From: Eledone cirrhosa
Taxonomy: Eukaryota
Direction of reading: 5' to 3'
Length of the DNA stretch: 64,000 nucleotides
Assembly (NCBI GenBank): GCA_964016885.1
Contig: OZ024745.1
Span: forward strand, 24,924,001 to 24,988,000
The translations under genes were made by a program, and so were the position numbers. Below the pieces are notes generated by a model. The model was not told where the DNA came from and made no database searches. It saw only the letters and a program-made list of their open reading frames with translations. Positions 28,414-42,882 of the stretch are shown one piece after another; within the stretch, counting starts at the first letter, position 1, and each line of letters begins with the position of its first letter.

Positions 28414-28875
28414 TGTGTGTGCGCGGTTGTGTGTGTGTGTGTGTGTGTGAATGCATGTTTGTTTGTGTATGTTGAGTTTTGAGTATTGCGAGAATTATGG
28501 AGTAATTACATCCGGTTTTATGAAAATGTTACTGCTTCCGTTAACGAGATTAAGAAACATTCTCCTCCGACACCAAGCCCCACGGTCCGCCATTCACAAC
28601 GCTGCTCCCCCATCTCCGGCTAGCCACCTAGGAAGACACCACCACCGTTGTTATCACTACCATCATCCCGTTAAATACCACTACCCTCCACACGGTTACT
28701 ATCACCCAGCCACCCATACAACCTCAGCAGAGCCTCTTCTGGAGTATACCTCTCTTATACATCATCACCATCCACTGCCGCTTCCTCATCCTCATCCTCC
28801 TCTTTACCATCATCACAATCGTCATCATCAATATCATCATCATCATCGTCGTCGTCATCATCATCATCATCATTG

Positions 28876-28907
<32 letters not shown>

Positions 28908-29740
28908 GTTCCTAATCATCTCTCTACAATTATGTCTACAACACTTCCCATTTCCCCTTCAGGAACTGAAATTCCTTAATTACCACGTGATCACTACTAC
29001 CCTCCTATCACATACATACATACATACATACATACATACATACATACATACATACATACATACATACATACATACATACATACATACATAGAGAACAGAA
29101 AATTTCCCAACGTTACCATCTGCATTAAAAACGTATAGTTCCGTGCAGGCTACCATACTTGATGTGGTGAGCCGAGAATAATTTTTAATTAATTGTTATT
29201 ATACATGTAATGAGAAGAAAGGTCATTAGTGGTGGTGAGAATTATTCTCAGAGGAGGCAAAGGAAAGAACTCTCGAAATTCCAATCGACCAAAAATTAAT
29301 TGGAAGTACGCTGGTGGGAACGGGTTTGGTATTTAGCAAACTTTGTGACATATACAAACAAGTTCCAGGCTTATTAGATCTCTTCAACGCCACGGAGACC
29401 ACATAATAGGCGCAAAAACCTGAAAACGACGAACAGAAATAGATATTTGTGGTCAACATTATATATATAGAGAGAGATAGAGGAGGGGAGGGGGGGGGAT
29501 TAAAATTTAGCTTCGGCATAGCTGTATACATGTCTCATGAGAAAATGAGCAGCTATCGGTTATGTGAGTGTTATCTTCCATGCTGATATCTCACAATTCA
29601 CATTTTCTAAAACAATGATGGAAGAACAGAAAAGTATTATATAGTGTTTAGAATAAAAACAAGAAAAAAAAATGGAAGATACAGATAATATTGAAGTAAA
29701 AGAGAGGATGAGAGCGTCAAAATCTAGAAGCCAATATAGG

Positions 29741-29938
29741 ATACGAGGGGCTGTTGAAACATTCATAGGCTGACCAAGATACTCTCATGGAATGACCACA
29801 TGAGGTTTATTGTTCAACATAGTTCCTGGAAAGAAACAATACAGTTATTAATAAGAAGAATTTGAAATGAATGCATGCAAGATTTCACAGCTCTAGCATC
29901 ACTCCTTCATAGTCATCCTATGAACTTTTCAGCCGGTA
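29741..29938. mobile_element. Mariner-like MITE (TACGAGGG... family). Related pieces at ~25005-25060, 36678-36800, 42029-42200 and 42920-43075
   Basis: Terminus TACGAGGGGCTGTTGAAA..TTCATAGGCTGAC with inverted end CCTATGAACTTTTCAGCC; the sequence recurs in the window. Confidence 0.65.
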
Positions 29939-30042
29939 TATCTCAGCTGTGTTGTGTGGACAGAATGTTGAAGACATCGCCTCGAGTGAACAACTAGCGA
30001 CACCTGCAGTATCTAGACAATATTTCTCTCTCTTATTGAATA

Positions 30043-30853
30043 CTAGCAGTGGTACCCGGCGTTGCACGGGATAAGGTATTTTGGAACGCGGGCCGCCAAC
30101 AGACCTAATCGGGGAAAAACTGCATGCGTGGACAATATGTAAAGAAAATAAACCGAATACTCTGATGGCTGGATAATCTTTAAGATTTTCCCCGATGAAG
30201 CAGGAAAAATGATGGTTTTCACCAAAATGAATTTTTTTTATGTGCATAATATACCTTGAAATTTCGGGAAAATCGGCTAGACGAATTTTCTTTGCTCACG
30301 GTATGAAGAAGAGACTGACTAATACATAGTTACAATTTCAAGGAAATCAGTCTGACGTAACGACTCAAAAAAACCCTAAAAACCTGAAAAAACGCAGTTT
30401 TTCAATTAATGTGGGTCCTAGGGGATCAAAAAGTTGAATTGTTTTATGTGCATAACACTCCCTGAAACATAAGTAATACACATGTAAAGTTTGAAAAAAG
30501 TCGGTTGGGTACTTCTCAAGTTTTAGGGATTCAAACTCTCACACACACACACACACAGACATTCTCAGGGAAGTGACGTAATGCAGACAGTCAGAAATAC
30601 AGACAGATATTATAAGGGCCCGAGGTTATATGTATGTATCTATCTAAAAAGAGAAAGACTAAGAATTATAGAGAGAGAGATCGCTAAATCGGTCCCTAGG
30701 GCATGGAAAATTTGAAATCTTTTTTTCTCAGAACACTCCCTGAAACATAAGTATTACATGTGTAAAGTTTGAAAACAGTCAGTTGGGTGGTTATCGAGTT
30801 TTAGGGATTCAAACTCACACACACACAGACATCCTCAGTTTTATATATAGAGA
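30043..30853 (-). mobile_element. Non-autonomous Helitron (family 1, copy 1)
   Basis: Minus strand 5' TC(TC)TATATATAAAA, 3' hairpin CCCGTGCAACGCCGGG then CTAG, inserted between A and T with no TSD. Second copy at 60398-61262. Confidence 0.88.
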
Positions 30854-31012
30854 TGAACAGATCTGGCTTCCATGTTTTCGAAATCTGCTGAAGTTTTTAT
30901 TTTTTATTTTTCTCACTATCTTTAACAAGAGTACCAATGTTTGCAAAATTCTCATCAATTTCAAGATGTTTATAGCATTGGTCATTGGAAACAGAGGGAA
31001 ATAAACACGTAT

Positions 31013-31316
31013 GGGCAGGTGGTTTATTGGTTAGGGTGTTAAGCTCATGATTGTATGGTTGTGAGTTCTATTCCTGGACCAGGTAACGCCCTGTGTCCTT
31101 GGACAAGATGCTTTATTTCACGTCACTCCTGTCCACTGGCAAAAAATGAATTGTATCTGTAATTCAAGAGAGCAGCCTTGTTCCACATTGTGTCACGTTG
31201 GATCTCCCTGAGAACTACGTAAATGATGCACCTGTCCCCAGAATGCTCAGCCACTTACACGTTAATTTCACTAGCGGACAGTTCCTTCCGTTGATTGAAT
31301 TGACTGGAGCACTCGT
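31013..31316 (+). mobile_element. tRNA-headed SINE, family 2. Related copies at ~53520-53760 (+), ~23440-23665 (-) and ~52960-53240 (-)
   Basis: A-box-like TGGTTTATTGG, B-box-like GAGTTCTATTCC, then the shared TGTGTCCTTG..CAAGA..CTTTAT.TCAC block. Confidence 0.7.
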
Positions 31317-31323
31317 CTCTCTT

Positions 31324-31366
<43 letters not shown>

Positions 31367-32006
31367 ATATATATATATATATATATTAATTATTATATAT
31401 ATATATATTAATTATATATATATTAATTATTAGTGTTTGTTTTATAACATCTAGTCGAGAGCTTATCATGATGTTTAGCGGGAATTTTAAATATTTCCTT
31501 TTTCGCTAACCTTTTGAATAACCGCCTGGGACCGGGGTTATTTCCCTTGCCGGAATTAGCACGTGATAATTATAGATTCGATTAGCAGCTTATTGCAGCA
31601 ACATATAATTTATCACTTCCATCCCAGGAAGAACGATAAACCTGTTGAAAAATTGAATCCAACGTTCGGTCATCAATTGCCAGGAGCTTGCCTTACAAGT
31701 AAGTCGGATATTTGATTTGGGATTCAGAGAAACACTTTAAACGTCTATTCGTCTAATTTGTCTTAAACGTCTATTCGTCTAATTTGTCTAGGTGTACTTT
31801 TTCTCAACCTGATTAGTGCTATCGTTGCTCTGGTATACATATTGTGTGTTATTTTAGCCTACCACAATGTTCGATTTGTCAAGCTTTTTAAACGTATGTT
31901 ATTACTCTAAGGACCTATCTTATCGAGTGCTTTGCTAACTCATCATTTCATATAAGTAGGCCGAATTCACTTGCAAACCGCCAGAGATTCGATTTTACTG
32001 ATTTCC

Positions 32007-32080
<74 letters not shown>

Positions 32081-32363
32081 GAGGTGAGTTTTATTGTAGC
32101 ACAATAAACCTCATTAACTTTTAATTTCAAAATCTTTTAAATTATCTATTATCTTCCAACGGCTTTTTAATTTCTCTCTGTGAGACAATATTTTTTCTCA
32201 GTTGTAAAGGCTATCTCTCTATATATATCACCCATCTCTCCTCCTCTCTCATCCTTCCTTCTTATACTCCCCCCACCATCCTTTACTCTTATTTCTTCCT
32301 CTTCCTTACCTTTTCTAACCCCCCCCCCCCCCAATCTCATACATCCATCTTAATTTTTTTTTC

Positions 32364-32527
32364 ATATGTTGATTTAAAACTTCACTATTCACAAGTGTTT
32401 TTTAAGCTTCATATCATGTCTCACTATTTTATCTGATGAGAATGCAGATATCATCCCATGATGATATTTGTTTTTGAAATGCGCATAATAAAATACTTGG
32501 AACTCTTTTAACCATCTTTTGATTTTA
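32364..32527 (+). mobile_element. About 165-bp hammerhead-bearing cassette (family A, copy 2), 3' end abutting (TA)n
   Basis: Homologous to the reverse complement of 21166-21330. Confidence 0.85.
32425..32495 (+). ncRNA. Minimal type-I hammerhead ribozyme (family A)
   Basis: TATTTTAT(32425)-CTGATGA(32433)-36-nt stem-loop II-GAAA(32476)-T-GCGC-ATA|ATAAAATA(32495). Confidence 0.88.
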
Positions 32528-32960
32528 TATATATATATATATATATATCGTTATACTTGGGGAGGGTCATATTAGTGTAATAATATTGCCAGAATTAATA
32601 ACAGAACACACTCACTGTTTGGTTGGTTTTCACTTATGTGTCTTTTTTATCGGTTAATTTAATTTATTCGGTCCTCAATATTACCATTGACTGACCAACG
32701 GTCAAAAATACAGATATAATGTAGACATAAACACATATATATAGTCTAACAAAGTTCTTTCGTTGCACATCTGCAACATCGTCAGTGGTGCTATTATGTT
32801 TCCTTCTGTTTTATTGTATGTCTACACCATCTTTCATATATATATCAATTTATCTATATCGCTCTCTCTCATTCTTTCGCCTTCTCTCTCTTCCCCTCTT
32901 TCCACCCTCTCTTATGTGAATGTACATACACAGATACATATATTTACATATTTCCTTGCT

Positions 32961-32996
<36 letters not shown>

Positions 32997-33010
32997 ACTA
33001 TCTATCTATC

Positions 33011-33041
<31 letters not shown>

Positions 33042-33249
33042 CACTCTCTCTCTCTCTATCAATCAATCTCTCTCTCACTCACTCTATGTATTCCTTCGCT
33101 TTCTGCCCCTCATTTGCTCTTTCCCTTTTTTCTTTTATTTACACTGGAACACATAAACTATTCATTGGAATAACAATTGTACCAAGAATATCCACATCTT
33201 TCTTCTCCTCCTCCTCCTCATCTTCATCATCATTAATATCATATTCAGC

Positions 33250-33640
33250 ATATTCATCACCACCTCAATCACCACCACCACCACTAACACCACCAACACC
33301 ACCATCACCACTACCACTAACACCACCAACACCACCATCACCACTACCACTAACACCACCAACACCACCATCACCACTACCACTAACACCACCAACACCA
33401 TCATCGTCACCCCCTCTAACAGCACCACAACTAGCACCATCACCACCACCTCCACCACCACCATCACCACCATCACCACCATTAACACCACCAATACGAC
33501 CACCACCACTAACACCACCACCACCACCACCACCACCACCACCACTAACACCATCACCACCACCACCATCACCAAAAACTACCACCACCACCACCATTAT
33601 CATCACCACCATCATCATCATCAGCAGCAGCAACAGCAGC
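33250..33640. repeat. (ACC)n-rich degenerate microsatellite with a 30-bp sub-repeat
   Basis: Read directly. Confidence 0.9.
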
Positions 33641-34229
33641 AGTTTCTGTTTATTTGGCCTTGCCGTCTTCACAGACTGCCAAAGTAATGTTTTGTGGCCA
33701 ACTGAAGAATCGTTGGCGTAGTCTGCCTCTGTCTGTTCTGTGGGTGTGTGTGTGGGGGGGGGGGGGGTATGTGTCTGTGTCTGTGTGGGTGGGTGTGTGT
33801 GTAGGTGGATGTGTATCTGTCTGTCTGGCTGTCTCTATGTGTGAATCTGTCTGCCTGTGTGTGTGTGTGTGTGTACGTCTGTGTGTATGTGCGTATGTAT
33901 GTTTGTATGTGTGAATCTGTCGGCCTGCATGTTTGTTTGTCTGCGTGTGTGTGTGTATGTGTATGCGTATGTGTGAGTACGTGTGTGTGTGTGTCTGTCA
34001 GTCTGTCTGTGTCAGGGGATGTGAGTATAGGTTTTTGTATGTCTGTCTCTCCGTGTGTGTGTGAATGTGCGTGTGTGTGTGTGTTTGTCTGTGACTGGGT
34101 GTGTGAGCATAGGTTTTTGTATGCCTGTCTGTGTATGTGTATGTATGTGTGTGTGTGTGTGTGTGAATGTGCGTGTGTGTGTGTGTTTGTCTGTGTCTGT
34201 GAATATAGGTTTTTGTATGTCTGTCTCTC

Positions 34230-34300
<71 letters not shown>

Positions 34301-35469
34301 TTTAGAAAAGAAGAAAAGCTCTCAGTCGTCTGGCAAGTTGCCATGACAGAGTCCTGGCAATTGTGCTTCAGGTCGAGACAACGAGCTAGCTTTCTCAACA
34401 TTAAACGTACGATGTGTGAAACCTAAAGATATCGCCCATCTTTAATCCGTTGTAAAATGGTTAGTGTTTACGTTTTTTCAGTAGTTTTACGGCGCCAAAC
34501 CTATATCATTTCTTTTGGATGTTTTCACATTTATTGTAAATGTTCATTTTTCAGGTGACGTTTTAATATATAATGTAATGTAAAGTGTAGCAATGTAAGC
34601 AAGCAGCATCCTATTAAACGGTTGATATTTTCATTCCTTTTACGTCTATTGTTGTTGGTGGTTTTGTTATTTTGTTATAGCTGTTTAGCTCCAGGCTAAC
34701 CCTGGTTGAGAAGCCATATGATCAAAGGTTGTTGGGGGTTTTTTTCAGCTATTTATCAAAGACTACATTTTCCAGCGTGTCCTCTTTATTAAAAAACGTA
34801 AAGTGGATTCTTTATGAAATTTAACTATTCTTTCTCGTAAGTTAAGCAACCATGCAGACAGAGTCACATCGGTTCAAGATTCCTTCGTTGGGTGTGTAAT
34901 GTGAATCGGGGAAACATGAGGTCTAGTCCTCAACTGTCTTTTCATCTACAAATACATATACTAGGAATCCCCTTCCCATCCCTCTCCACTGGGTCTTCAC
35001 CACAACCCCCTCCTATATATCTCTACCTTGTTACCTCGAACCCTTGCAATAAACTATAAGCATGATGTAAGTTATCTCCCTGTCTCCTCTCAACTTAAAA
35101 GCAGGGGTTGCCTCCCATTTTCACTCTTTGGCCATATATGTGTGACGGACAGACAGAAGAAAAATCCATCCTATTTTATAATATAGATGAATATATGTGA
35201 ATATGTGTGTGTCACCTGTCTGGGTGAATATGTGTGTTTTTAGAGAGAGTGTGACTTACAGAAAATAAGAGTAGAGTGGGGGGTGTATGTATTTAGATAA
35301 AATATCATAAGCAGAGCATCTCCTTGAAATATTTTTTATCAAACAATCTATTTTTAGAACCGTTGAACGATAAGAATTTTTTAATTTGCTTCTAACTTTC
35401 AAGTTCAAATGTTTCTTTATTAATTCTGAAGCCAGAGAGCCAATTCTTTATTAATTCTCTCGCTAGAGA

Positions 35470-35672
35470 GTTGGACAACATGCTTTCTAGCATATAGTTA
35501 CGTCTCTTTACACACTGAGTTCAAATCCCACCAGGGTCAGCTTTGCCTTTCATCCTTATGGGGGGGGGGGGGGGGTCGACAAAATAAAGTACCAGTAACA
35601 CACTGAGATTGATTTAATCGACTTTCCCCTCCTCAAAAATTGTTGGCCTTGTGCCTAAATCAGAAACCATTA
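35470..35672 (+). mobile_element. SINE family 1 copy
   Basis: GAGTTCAAATCCC B-box, CTTTGCCTTTCATCC, AAAATAAAGTACCAG, GATTTAATCGAC. Confidence 0.8.
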
Positions 35673-37571
35673 CATTTAAGTTGTCCAGAAATTAATGCAG
35701 ATTTTGTTTGTTTCAATATTTTTTAAGAATAAAACCTGACGCAAGTTGTGTAAAATTGTATACTATTTTAAAGTTCATATGATGCTCTTTTTTTTCATGT
35801 AATTTATTTTTAATGTAAATTACATGACAGTCGCCATTTTACTTTGGTCTTTCAGGAAATCCTATATCTCTATTTCTAACCTTCCTGTTATGCCAATGTA
35901 TTGCAGCTTGTCGAGATTGACCTTACATTAACGAGTATATGATTGCGTGTTGCTCAGACACGTGTACACTTAATGTAATTCTCCAGATGTTACAAAGTGA
36001 TACAATATGTGATAATGTTGGACCTTTAATTTACGAATATAATCCATTCGATGGGCTCCTACACAATTTCCGTCAGCTCAATTTCCGTCATCCACAAGGT
36101 TTTGAGAAAAGATATATGCCCAAGATTCCAGTAGATCGACTTCTTGACCACTTGGTCACGCTTGTATCCACAGAAACAGATAGTATTGTCAATACAAACC
36201 TTATATAACCATTTTATCTACATACACTACATATATGCAAACGATCAAATGCAGACGACACATAGACGGACATACTCATTTGCCTATAAATCAATTTTTC
36301 TGATGTAAATCTCCTTCGTGAGTATATTCCAATTAGTTTAATCACTTTCGAATTTCTCCAAACAAAGCTTCCGATATGCTTGAGATAGCTTCAACCTATA
36401 TTATAACTCAATAGTCCAACTTCTCAACTGATCAACTGTGTATAATATAAACCAACAATCAGGGATATCCTATTATTTAGCAACTAACATTTTTTCTCAA
36501 CACATTTGTTTCTGCAGTAGCTTGTTAATGCTCCATGCAGTGCCGGATTTAGGACAAATGAGGCCCTATGCTAGTTGCGTTATGAGGCCCCTTACTTGGG
36601 TCTTGAAGGAGGTAACAAATTTTTTTGGCAGGAAGATGCCCCCCCCCCCTCCCTGGCCAACGAGCTCCATGTCTTAAATACGACGTTGGGCTGAAAAGTT
36701 CATAAACTGGCTATGAAGGAATGATGCTACAGTTGTGAAATCTTGCGTGCAATAATTTCAACTGTTCTTATTAATAACTGCATTATTTCTTTCCATGCGT
36801 CTTGGAGGCCGAAGGTTGCGTTTCTCATAGGTATATCCTAACCCCAGAGGAAAATTATCCATGCCAGTCAGTAATCTTAACTCCTATATATCACCTTTTA
36901 ATAAAGTGCATAAATTATACTTAGTTAAAGTAGTAAATGAGCAAAAGTATCATTAAAACAATTTTAAATATACACACAATTACAAAAGTTCATTCCTGTA
37001 TTGGCAGTCTGGTAGATGAGGCAACTGATGAGTGATATCGTTACATGTTCTCTATCAATATTGCTGGTATTTTCTCTCTCTTTAAACACCTGATTTTAAG
37101 GGATCATTATTAAGTGACAGAAGTAAAACTGTGTAATGTTAAAAGGGTTTACCAGAAAATATTAATAAGACTTATTTTCATGTTTATTATTACTTTTTTT
37201 TTTTTTTTTTTTTTAAATTTTTGGTTGGCAAAATTGGGGTGTGTCCTCGATGGCGAAGCGTCATACATACTATCCATACTGTTTTACCTTCATACTGTAC
37301 TGTGGATTTTTTGTGGCGGGAGAGGTGCTAAATATATTCATATTACTTCTACGAAATATCTATTCCTATTACACCAGCAGACTTCCGGTAGACCGGTCCC
37401 TACACATGAATGACTTTGGTATGAGACCAGCGTAAAATGGCGCCTTGACCAAGAAATGGCAGTAATAGCTGTTCAGTTCTAGGTCGCTCCCCACTGAGAT
37501 TTCACCGAATACAATTTAACAGGATGAATACGACGACACTTTCCTTTAACAGAGTTTGTGGCAGCCTAAAA

Positions 37572-37760
37572 TAATTGTTTCAACTTTTGGCGTAAGGCCA
37601 GCAAATATCCCAGTGTATTACTGGTACTTTATTTTATCGATCCCGTAAGGATGAAATGCAAAGTTAACCTCGGCGGGATTTGAACTCAGACCATAAAGGG
37701 CCGTAACTCTTTGCTGCAAAGCATGGCGTCCGACCCTCTACCGATACTGCCAATCCAGCC
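37572..37760 (-). mobile_element. SINE family 1 copy
   Basis: Reverse complement of the 52630-52803-type consensus. Confidence 0.85.
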
Positions 37761-37828
37761 TAAAATAATGAATCGGGATAACTATCTAAATATCCAACCA
37801 CTCTTAGACGTGAGTCTACATGTAAACA

Positions 37829-37918
37829 CATATATGAGGAGCTTCCGATTCCAGAGTCAGGATCGATAATTAATTGATCGTTCCTCGAGCTGATCGACAG
37901 TGAAACATATGTAATATG
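37829..37918 (+). ncRNA. Hammerhead ribozyme relic (family B), 61-nt stem II, C3 mutated
   Basis: CATAT-ATGAGGA-[GCT..AGGATCGAT/ATCGTTCCT..AGT]-GAAAC-ATAT-GTA|ATATG, followed by a short tail and (TA)n. Confidence 0.7.
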
Positions 37919-37958
37919 CAATTAAATAGGTATATGATGCTACAGTGATTCTTTGTTC

Positions 37959-37996
<38 letters not shown>

Positions 37997-38039
37997 CATG
38001 ATGTGATAGCGGTAACTACTTCATCAATAACCCCGATAA

Positions 38040-38682
38040 TAAACACATTAAAAGCTACAGCAATGTGGAAGACATCCATGTACATAATAAGAAAGAGTAC
38101 TGGTGGAATGTTCCAGTAAAAACCCCAATAAAATGCAGGCATAACAGACCAGATATTATGATATGGGACAGGGAAAAGAAAGCATGCACACTAGTGGAAG
38201 TTAGCTGCCCAGTAGATGCCAATATAATATCAAAGATTAGTGAAAAGGAGAATATTTATGCAGAACTGATGAGAAATCTGCAGATACTCCACCCTGATTA
38301 CACCTTCAGATTTATGCCTGTGGTTATTGGGGCACTGGGGTATGTTAGTAACTGCCTCAATACAAATCTTGAGAAGCTAGGCTTCACAGGAACAGAAAGA
38401 ACACAACTAGTTAGGAAATTACAAGTACAATCCATTAATGGAACAGTAAAAATATGTAAAACATTCCAAAAAATGTGCATCTACACATGCACACATACAA
38501 CTCAAAACATACACATCCGCACATACAATAACATCCATATCTACACATGCATGCAGACATGTATATATATCTACCTAGTTGATGCTGTGTACATTCCAAT
38601 GAGAGAGTCTTGTGTCTATGTTAGAAACCGACTCTCTCTCTATTGGTACAAATTTATGAAATTATAAAACCAGAAGAACATA
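38040..38682 (+). mobile_element. 3' fragment of R4/Dong-like non-LTR retrotransposon (restriction-like endonuclease), ending in (CATA)n
   Basis: EYWWNVPVKTPIKCRHNRPDIMIWDREKKACTLVEVSCP..KISEKENIYAEL..PVVIGALG is the PD-(D/E) RLE with the K..Y motif. Confidence 0.9.
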
Positions 38683-38901
38683 CATACACACATACATACA
38701 TACATACATACATACATACATACACACACACATACATACATACATACATACATACATACATACATACATACATACATACATACATACATACATACATACA
38801 TACATACATACATACATACAGATATAAGAATGCATACATACGTTTATATATAGATGTAGATTTATACAAGGAAAGAGACGGATATTTATAGGCATAGGAG
38901 A

Positions 38902-39740
<839 letters not shown>

Positions 39741-40083
39741 TGAGGAAAAAATATAACAATTTTATTCTTCCCTATCTCTTTTTTTTATTATTTTTCTGCT
39801 TTTAATTTAGCAATAAAAATATTCTTCCCGGGCGACTGTCAGACTACAAATTGGTGAGAAGTATGGTGCTGGCGATGTCGGAATGGTGGAGCGTTGGAAC
39901 GGAGTATAATCGGATAAGGTGTAGTAGAAAGGTTGGGTCCGGGATGCTCCGATGCTGCTAGGCAGCCATTAATGGTAGAAATTCGATAGCAAAATCAGGA
40001 CTCGTAGTTTAAGCAGACATTAATCTAATTTCCTATCGTAGTTTTCTTTTATTTTCCTTCATTTCTGTTTTTTATTACTACTA

Positions 40084-40153
<70 letters not shown>

Positions 40154-40449
40154 TTTTATGATTGTTGTTGATGATATTTATGTTTCTTTTTCTTTCATTT
40201 TTTTATTAATTTTTCCCATTTTTCTTTCGGTCATGTACGTTCTATTTCGTTTGTTCTTTTTTTCACTTTTTTTTTCTCACAATTTTTGTTGTATTTGAGG
40301 AAAAATTGTTTTTTTTTATGGAGGGGGTGGGTGTATTTTTCGTTTTCTCGCTCATTCTTTTTCTTTCGTTCTTTTTCATTCTTTTTTCCCTATTTCCTAC
40401 TTCATCTCGAAACGTTGTATTAACCAGTAGATTCTCTCTATTTCGTTCC

Positions 40450-40527
<78 letters not shown>

Positions 40528-40828
40528 TTCTCTCTCTCTCTCCCTACCACTCTCTGTCTCTCCTTCTTTCATTCCTGCTCTTATATTATTTATATATATA
40601 TACATATATATACTTATATATATATATTTATTTATTCTTATACATATATGTATATATATATACACACACACACACACACATGTATATATAATATGTATGT
40701 ATATATAATATGTATGTATGTATATATAATATGTATGTATGTATATATGTATGTATATATATACATACATACATATTATATATACATGTAAGTATATATA
40801 TATACATACATATTATATATATATGTAA

Positions 40829-40884
<56 letters not shown>

Positions 40885-41005
40885 TAATGCATACATATAT
40901 CATCATCATCACGACTGTGATCGTATTGGTTCTTTTGTAAAAAAAAAATTAACCATTATCATTAGCTCAATCAACAATATTGTTATGGGTAGTAGTAGTA
41001 GTAGC

Positions 41006-41037
<32 letters not shown>

Positions 41038-41038
41038 C

Positions 41039-41070
<32 letters not shown>

Positions 41071-41074
41071 CAGC

Positions 41075-41114
<40 letters not shown>

Positions 41115-41274
41115 TTTGGGAACGTTTTTCAGGTTATATTTCCCCGAAAATCCTGACTTAAATATGGAAGGAAACGAAATCGTGAGATATTATAAATATG
41201 TGTACATGCACATACACATATGTATATGGGTGTTTGTGTGTGTGCGTATCTATTTAAATATATATGTGTGTGTG

Positions 41275-41320
<46 letters not shown>

Positions 41321-41400
41321 TATGTTTATATGTATGAATGTATGTCTGTATATATGAATGTATATATGTTTATAAAAGAATATCTATCTATCTATCTCTT

Positions 41401-41490
<90 letters not shown>

Positions 41491-41575
41491 AACATACATA
41501 CTTACACATATATATGTGTGTGTATGTATAAAGTAAACTGAAATAACAAAACAAACGGCACAGTATATGGAAGGA

Positions 41576-41658
<83 letters not shown>

Positions 41659-41964
41659 TAGATATAGATATAGATATAGATGTAGATATAGGATGATAAA
41701 GAAACATACATCAAAACATTTACGTACAAGTTGGTAAATGTTTTGGAAGAATTTGATTTATTTGGCAACATTAACACAATAGATTCAGATGCCTCTTCGC
41801 GGATGTTCCTCTAATGGAAGCGTATTTCGGTCAGAATTCCCAAAGACACAATTCCGAATGCCTTAATCCTGAAAACCACTATCCTGAAAATACAAAATAT
41901 TGAAAATATATTTTTAGGAAAAAAAGAAAATTAACGTTTATAAAAGGCATTTATTCACAGTTTT

Positions 41965-42386
41965 AATGCTACTTATGATCTACCTTTGTAATAGAATTTT
42001 AAGTAATCGTGTTTTAACAAGTTTCTCATACGAGGGCGGGCTGAAACGATCATAGGCTGGCCATGAAATCTTACATGCATTAATTTCAATTTTTATTATT
42101 ATAACTGCACTGTTTCTTTCCAGAGACTATGATGAAAAAATAAAACTCCTTTTGTCATTCCTTGAGAGTATCTTAGTCAACCTATGAACTTTTCAGCCGA
42201 TAACTCCTAAGATACTCTCAAGGAATGGCAAAAGGAGTTTTGCAGTTATAATAAGAAAAAATTGAAATTAATGCATACAAGATTTCATGGCCAGCCTATG
42301 GACGTTTCAGCCCGCCCTCGTATGAGAAACTTGTTAAAACATGATTACTTAAAATTCTATTACAAAGGTAGATCATAAGTAGCATT
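41965..42386. repeat. About 420-bp fold-back (inverted duplication) involving a mariner-like MITE and its flank
   Basis: 41965-42110 is the reverse complement of ~42240-42386, and 42143-42177 of ~42206-42240. Confidence 0.9.
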
Positions 42387-42673
42387 TTAATGAAATACGA
42401 TGCTATAAAAAAGGACCATTAACCTAGGAAATTCGGTTGTCTTGCAGCTCGACACCTGAAAGGTAAGTTCATGCTGTTACGCAGTGTCGTACAACTTTGG
42501 ATCGACTGATCGATGAAGCTACTTAGAGTCCTGTCCTCAAGATAAATGAACGCTGAGTTGAGATTACTGACCAATCTAACCTAAAAATTGGCTGAGGAGA
42601 AACTATCGCCGATTGCTCAGAGAGGTGGTGGACTCGTATTATCACCTGACTGTCGTATGGATTCAGTTCTTAC

Positions 42674-42882
42674 CTGACCAGATTGAAGTGACTGCACTTT
42701 TGCTTCTTGCAGAAGGAAAACCTTCCACTGATCGGAAGATCCAACACATTCTGGGTTGAAGGTTCTATATGTCGTGCCTGATGATTCACGGGCATACATT
42801 GATACTGCGACATTTACGGAGGTTCCTGGACCGAAAGCAGATGTGCCACCCTTTATCAGCATATTTTCCACAACTCGTTTCT
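42674..42882 (-). other. Candidate host coding exon, unidentified protein
   Basis: Only one frame is open: KRVVENMLIKGGTSAFGPGTSVNVAVSMYARESSGTTYRTFNPECVGSSDQWKVFLLQEAKVQSLQSGQ. Strong donor CAG|GTAAGA; weaker acceptor aatcCAG|. Confidence 0.5.

Noticed and set aside
33086-33721. Proline-rich extensin-like ORF (also 47526-48093)
   Set aside because: These are (ACC)n/(GGT)n tracts open in several frames, with no splice support.
39830-40020. Unique GC-richer island as a coding exon
   Set aside because: All frames are short and there is no convincing splice pair; it may be UTR or regulatory.
42448-42462. 15-nt plus-strand micro-exon (cttgcAG|CTCGACACCTGAAAG|GTAAGT)
   Set aside because: It is too short to distinguish from chance, and may be part of a repeat.
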